NCBI RefSeq assembly: GCF_009914755.1
Contig: NC_060933.1
DNA: 64,000 bases
Source of the DNA: the human T2T-CHM13v2.0 reference genome, Homo sapiens
Strand: one strand, 5' to 3'
Position 1 is the stretch's first letter; every line of letters begins with the position of its first letter. Both the position numbers and the translations under genes were made by a program. Below, one piece after another: positions 58,217-64,000 of the stretch. The notes under the pieces were generated by a model. That model was not told the DNA's origin. It searched no databases and saw only the letters and a program-made list of their open reading frames with translations.

Positions 58217-58515
58217 GGCCGGGCGTGGTGGCTCACACCTGTAATCCCAGCACTTTGGGCGGCCGAGGGTGGTGGATCACGAGGTCAGGAGTTCAAGACC
58301 AGCCTGGCCAAGATGGTGAAACCTGTCTCTACTGAAAATACAAAAAATTAGCTGGGCGTGGTGGCGGGTGCCTATAATCCCAGCTACTCGAGAGGCTGAG
58401 GCAGAGAACTGTTTGAAGCTGGGAGGCAGAGGTTGCAGTGAGCTGAGATCATGCCACTGCACTCCAGCCTCGGTGACAGAGCGAGACTCTGTCTCAAAAA
58501 AAAAAAAAAAAAAAA
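58217..58515 (+). mobile_element. AluS-type in the last MEGF9 intron
   Basis: TSD aaaatctttg. Confidence 0.9.
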
Positions 58516-60048
58516 TCTTTGGGAAAATACCAGTGTTGGAGTTTTCCATTCTTATTTACTCTTAGATAAAATCATATAAATTCCTGCAAAGGCAGTAAAT
58601 TTGTCACTACTGAGCTCTAAATCACATAGTTAAAAGTAACAGGGATATATGGCAATCATTTGAACAAAAATAAGTCTAACAAGTCTGATGGCATTTCATA
58701 AAGGTAAAATAATTATCTGCAAAGGAGGTGTAGGGAAAACTATACCTCTAGTTATGTCTGAAAAACAAATTTTAAATGTCTGAGGCTGACATCAGCCAAG
58801 AGAGAAAACAGCTTTCCTTAATTCCATGTGTAGGAATTCTTCCTTTGTGTAGATTACAGCTACTTTATAATTTAGGTATTATACTTTGTATTTCTAATGG
58901 CAGCATAGTTTGGTGGAAGGACTAAAGGCTTTGGAATCAAATAGAAGTGTGTGGCTAGAGATAAGTAAATTTTTTTAAAGCTCGGTTTCCTTATCTGTAA
59001 AATGTGAATAATAACATCAACTTTGCTGAGTTCTTGGGAAGGATTAAATGAAATAATATACTACACAGCATTATCACATTTAATGCTTACGGTGCTTGGC
59101 ATATAGTAGGTACTCAATAAAAGTATTACTATTATTATTATAATTCTTCACCATGAAAGCCATATCAATTTATTCTAAAAAGAGGCAAAGTTTATATATA
59201 TTACCTATTAGCTAATAAGAAAAATCATCAGTTCTGTCAGCTAACTATGGACAAAGTGTGCCTCCCAAATAGGTAAGAGAACTGAGTAGCAGGATCTCTA
59301 GCTAGTAATAGGGTTCAATCTGAATCTTTTTGCCTTGATCACTACAGTATAAAGATATCAAGAAAATGGCAGAAAGATGACAGTTGCCATAGACCAACTG
59401 TTCATCAGCCTCGTGTTCAGCATGTTAAGAATATCAAAGAGTGGTTTGTAGAACAGCATGGTCCAATCTCTCTGTGACCTAATAAACCCTCAATATCCTA
59501 ACTCATCCTGAATTCATAATCATTAATTTTAATTACTGAGCTTTCCTATAAGAAATATTTTGCCATGTGGATAACTTTTGCTTTTAAAATTCAAAAGGAA
59601 TATTATTATTTCCTCCATTGTACATGGGGAAACTTAGGCCCAAAGTTAGGACAGATGCTAGAATGAACTCCAGCTTCTCAGCTGGAACTTCTAACCAGAT
59701 TAGATGTCCCTACTTCAAAAGACCTTTGATGATCCCTCAAAGTGATGAGAATAAAGGAAGCAAAGAATAAAAGAAATGATAGGATTCTTAAATTATTAAC
59801 ATAAAAATAAAAATAGATGAAGAGAAAAATGTGAGAACATTTTGTCTCACTGTCGCAATGACTTTGTCTTGGTCCTCAAATTTCTGGAGTTGACTGTGGA
59901 GTGTCAGAAGAGCAGCAGGAATGGAAGGAAACCTCTTTAGGCAAATATCTATCAAAATCTATTTCCAGAAACTCCTCTGGTAGGGTTAGAAGGTTTTACA
60001 AAGCCTTCCATTTTTCACTGCTAGTTTTAGATATTAAATTTACAATCA

Positions 60049-60360
<312 letters not shown>

Positions 60361-60789
60361 TTAGTACAGTCTGAAGCTACAATTAAAAATGGAAAACAAC
60401 TACTAGTCCTTAAAAAGATTTATAATCCCAGAACTTTGGAGGCCAAGGTGGAAGGATCGCTTGAGCCCAGGAGTTTGAGACCAGCCTGGGCAACATGATG
60501 AGACCCTGTTTCTAATTTGTTTTTTATAAACCTTCCCTACTGTCTCCTCTCTAGAGACATATAATAATCTCTATTAATTAATTAAACTAATAATCTATAA
60601 TCTATTTACTAATTTTCCAGCTTATTGTAGGAATGATGGGGCCATCCAGAGAACCTATTCATGTAGAGAGCAAAATAAATAGGCTTACATAAGGAGTCTG
60701 AATGATTATGATGGGTTGGCACTCTCATAATTGTGTTATTCCCTTCTTTTTATAGATGACAGATTGGATAAAATATTGTTTTAACAAAA

Positions 60790-61900
60790 ACTTCCTCCAT
60801 CCCTCCCAAACTTAAATGTGGGTACTCTGCAGACTTCTATTCTTGGTTTCTTTCTCTTCTCTGCTCATCTTCCATGGGTGGCCTCATCCACTGACATCAT
60901 CAACAATTCCAATATGTGTATGTGTATCTCTAGTCTACATCTCTGTCCTAAATTCCAAACTATATACTAACTTCCTGTACACCTGGATCCACAAACATCT
61001 CAAACTTAACATGTACAACACTGTCCTCAGTGTCTTCCCTTCCTGAGTCCTGTCTTCCTCCAATGTTCCCTAGATCTCAGTGAATGGTACCAACATCTAC
61101 CCACTTGCATAAGCCAAAACACTGAGAATCATCTCTCAATCCTCTTCCTCCATATGTCCCTTCTAAGCAGTTATCAATTCATATTAATTGTACCTGATTA
61201 AAGTCTTTCCAATCCACGGATGTCTCTTTCCATTCCCACTGGAGTGATCTTAGATTAAGCCTTCATCATTTCTCACCTAGATTATTGTAGCTACTTCCTC
61301 ATGGTTCTTTTTATCACAATGCACCCCTACATTCACTTTGAACTTCAAAGTAAATAAGAATATGTTACTTCTCTAGAGAAATCTCTTCAATGGTTCCCTA
61401 ACTCCTTCAGGATTAAGTGAAAACGTAATAGAATTTTTAGTACTTTTCATAATCTGACCTCTGCCTACTTCTCTCAACTTTTCTCTCTTCACTTCACACT
61501 CCACCACCCCCTAAGGTTCAGGCACATTAAATGGCTTAAAAGAACTCCCAAATACCCAAATACTGCCTGCTTTCTTCTGTCTGAGGTTTTGTACATACTA
61601 CTTTCTCTGCATGGGACATCCTCTTGTCTCTCTAGTTCAGTTAGCAAATTCAATCTGTAGGAATTAACTCAGGTATTACTTCTTCTCAGAAGCACAGAAG
61701 TTTTCCTTGATTCCCTCAGTTTAGGATAGGGTTAGTCTATGCTTAACTGTAACACATGTCATTTGAAATTGTAATTACCTAGTTACTTGTGTGTTTCTCC
61801 CATTAAACTATGAGCTATTTGACATTTTTCTGTCTTTATCGCCAATGTTTAGCACAGTGCCTAAAACATAGCACGTGTTCAATATGTATCTACTGAGTAA
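60790..61900 (+). mobile_element. L2 fragment in a MEGF9 intron
   Basis: catctcaaacttaacatg..tcatcatttctcacctag..tagcacagtgcct. Confidence 0.65.
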
Positions 61901-63129
61901 TTTCACTTTAGGCAGTAGGAACATAACAACTCATACCTATCTGTTTCCTTTTTTATTCTTCATAGGATTTCAATTCTGGATTCTTAATTATATTTAATAA
62001 ATAATTTTTAATAATCAACAAGTCATCTTTTAAATCTGCTAGATAGATTAGTTCTTTCCTTAGAATTTACTATTATAATTACACTAACAGGATCACCCTG
62101 TTATCTAAACACAGACTAATGTTATTATAGCAGGAATACTTTACAGTGGTCATGGAACTTGTGGCAATGAATCATATTTCTGATGCTCTTTAAGAAAAAC
62201 GAATTCCTTTCATCTTTCACTTTTACTTTTTAAAATGGCTTTGAGATATAATTTATATACCGTAACATTCAACCATTAAAAGTATACAATTCAATGGTTT
62301 TAGTATATTCCCAGAGTGTGCAACTGATAAAGAATTCTAACTTACCACTTACAATCCTAGTGGGTAGTGTGATCTCAAGTAAGTTACTAAACTCTGGGCC
62401 TCAGCTTTCCATATTTCAAATAAAGGAATTAAACCAGAAATACTTAGGTTACTTTCAGCAATAAAAGGTGGCAGCTGAATTATTCATAACCCATGCAAAC
62501 AATAATATGCAGGAAAAAAATTCTTAGTGAAAAGGCATATATTCCTTGTTCTCAATGAAGTTACAGCTTACAACAGTACCATATTTTACAGCATTTTTGT
62601 ACTTCAACAACTATAGCAACAATAATCTAAAGAATTCCTGATGAAATAGACTGAAGGACTGAAATTAAGGTTTGTGAAAGCCTTTCATGCCTGTCATGGG
62701 CAGACCAACTGGACCTCAAATATGACATTCAATGTGCTGCCTGATGTTTCACTCCTTCTGCCTTATACTTTGTTTCTGCCATTCTTAAGTAGTTTCTTGA
62801 TCAAATAAGCTGTTTTAAGATTTCTGTACCATTGTTCCTACTGATATTTTTATCTGAAATGTCCTTCCTTCTCCTGTCTACCTGCTAAATGCAGACTCCC
62901 ATCACGAGACTCAGCTTTTATGTCACATCCTCTCTGAAGCCATTGCTGATATTCCCCCACTCCAGGCAAAGTAATTATTCCCTCTTGGTGCATCCACTAT
63001 ACATAAATACATGATATTGCACTGTAGTACGAGAGCTTGAGGGACAGGATAATTTCCTACTGGGAGGTATAGAAAAGTCTTCATGAAGCAGGTAACATTT
63101 GAATTGGGCCTTGCTAAGAAGGTCACCAT

Positions 63130-64000
63130 CAAGAAAGCAAAAAATTAAACCACAAAATAGAAAAAATATTTATAAATCATATATCTGTTAAGGGACTTGT
63201 ATCTAGAATATATAAAGAATTATTTCAACTCAATGATAACAAGATAAATAATCCAAATTTTAAATGTGCAAAGGATCTGAACAGACATTTCTCTAAATAT
63301 ATGAATGAACAATAAGCACATAACTAGCCATCAGGAACATGCAACTTAAAACCACAGTGGAATACCACTTCATATCTACTAGGATGGCTATAATTATACA
63401 AAGGCAGATAGTAAGTGTTGGTGAAGCTGTGGAAAATTTGGAACCTACATACAGGGTTGGTGAGAATGAGAATGCAAAATGGTGTACTCATTTTGGAAAA
63501 CAGTCTGACAGCTCCTCAAGAGGATAAACATAGTTACTACAGGACCCAGGAATTCCACTCCTAGGTATACACTGAAGATAAATGAAAATATATGTACATA
63601 CAAAAACATGTATACAAATGTTCACAGCAGCATTATTTGTAATAGCTAAAAAGTGGAAACAACACAAATGTCTATCAATTGATGAAGAGAGCAATGAAAT
63701 GGGGTATAACACAATAATATATTATTTAGTAACAAAAAGGAATGAAGTACTGAGACATGTTATAACATGAATGAACTGAAAATACTATGCTAAGTGAAAA
63801 AAGCCAGACACACAAGGCCATGTATTGAATGACTTCATTTGTATGAAATGTTCAGAATGGGCAAATCCATAGAGCAGAAAAAGTAGGTTAGTGGTTGCCT
63901 AAGGCCAGAGGAAAAGGGAGTAATTGCTAATGATTATAGGATTGTTTTTTAGGTCCTTTTGTTGGGGGAGGTGATGAAAACTTCTAAAATTGATTGTGGT
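63130..64000 (+). mobile_element. Old L1M 3' end in a MEGF9 intron
   Basis: Decayed ORF2 C-terminus (MQLKTTVEYHF.., QMFTAALFVIAKKWKQ) plus L1 3'UTR. Confidence 0.8.

Overview
This is hominid, almost certainly human, genomic DNA from the CDK5RAP2-MEGF9 locus (9q33.2 from recall). Both genes are on the minus strand in tandem. The right end holds the last two coding exons of MEGF9 (60066-60335 and 57515-57966) and its ~4.3 kb 3'UTR, ending near 53.25 kb. A ~21 kb Alu/LTR-dense intergenic interval follows, then the CDK5RAP2 CpG-island promoter (~32.5 kb) and coding exons 1-4 (codons 1-102); the gene continues beyond position 1. Most of the rest is interspersed repeat: about 50 Alus, a young 5'-truncated L1PA, old L1M/L2/MIR, MER50/MER34/MER21-type LTRs, MER3 and MER58. 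Nearly all listed ORFs are Alu/L1 translation artefacts. I found no CRISPR array, RNA gene or new multi-gene system. The most unusual structure is a 56-nt non-Alu segment at 7765-7820, apparently copied from 27 kb away (34866-34921) into an Alu, which looks like a template-switch repair scar. Also notable: a compact CDK5RAP2 leader (YY1/TISU-like uORF ending in a CHR element, plus a G4), an extended YY1-type motif repeated three times upstream, a candidate distal MEGF9 poly(A) site, and a young AluYi6-like insertion. Repeat subfamily names come from recalled consensus sequences, and boundaries are approximate unless TSDs are quoted.
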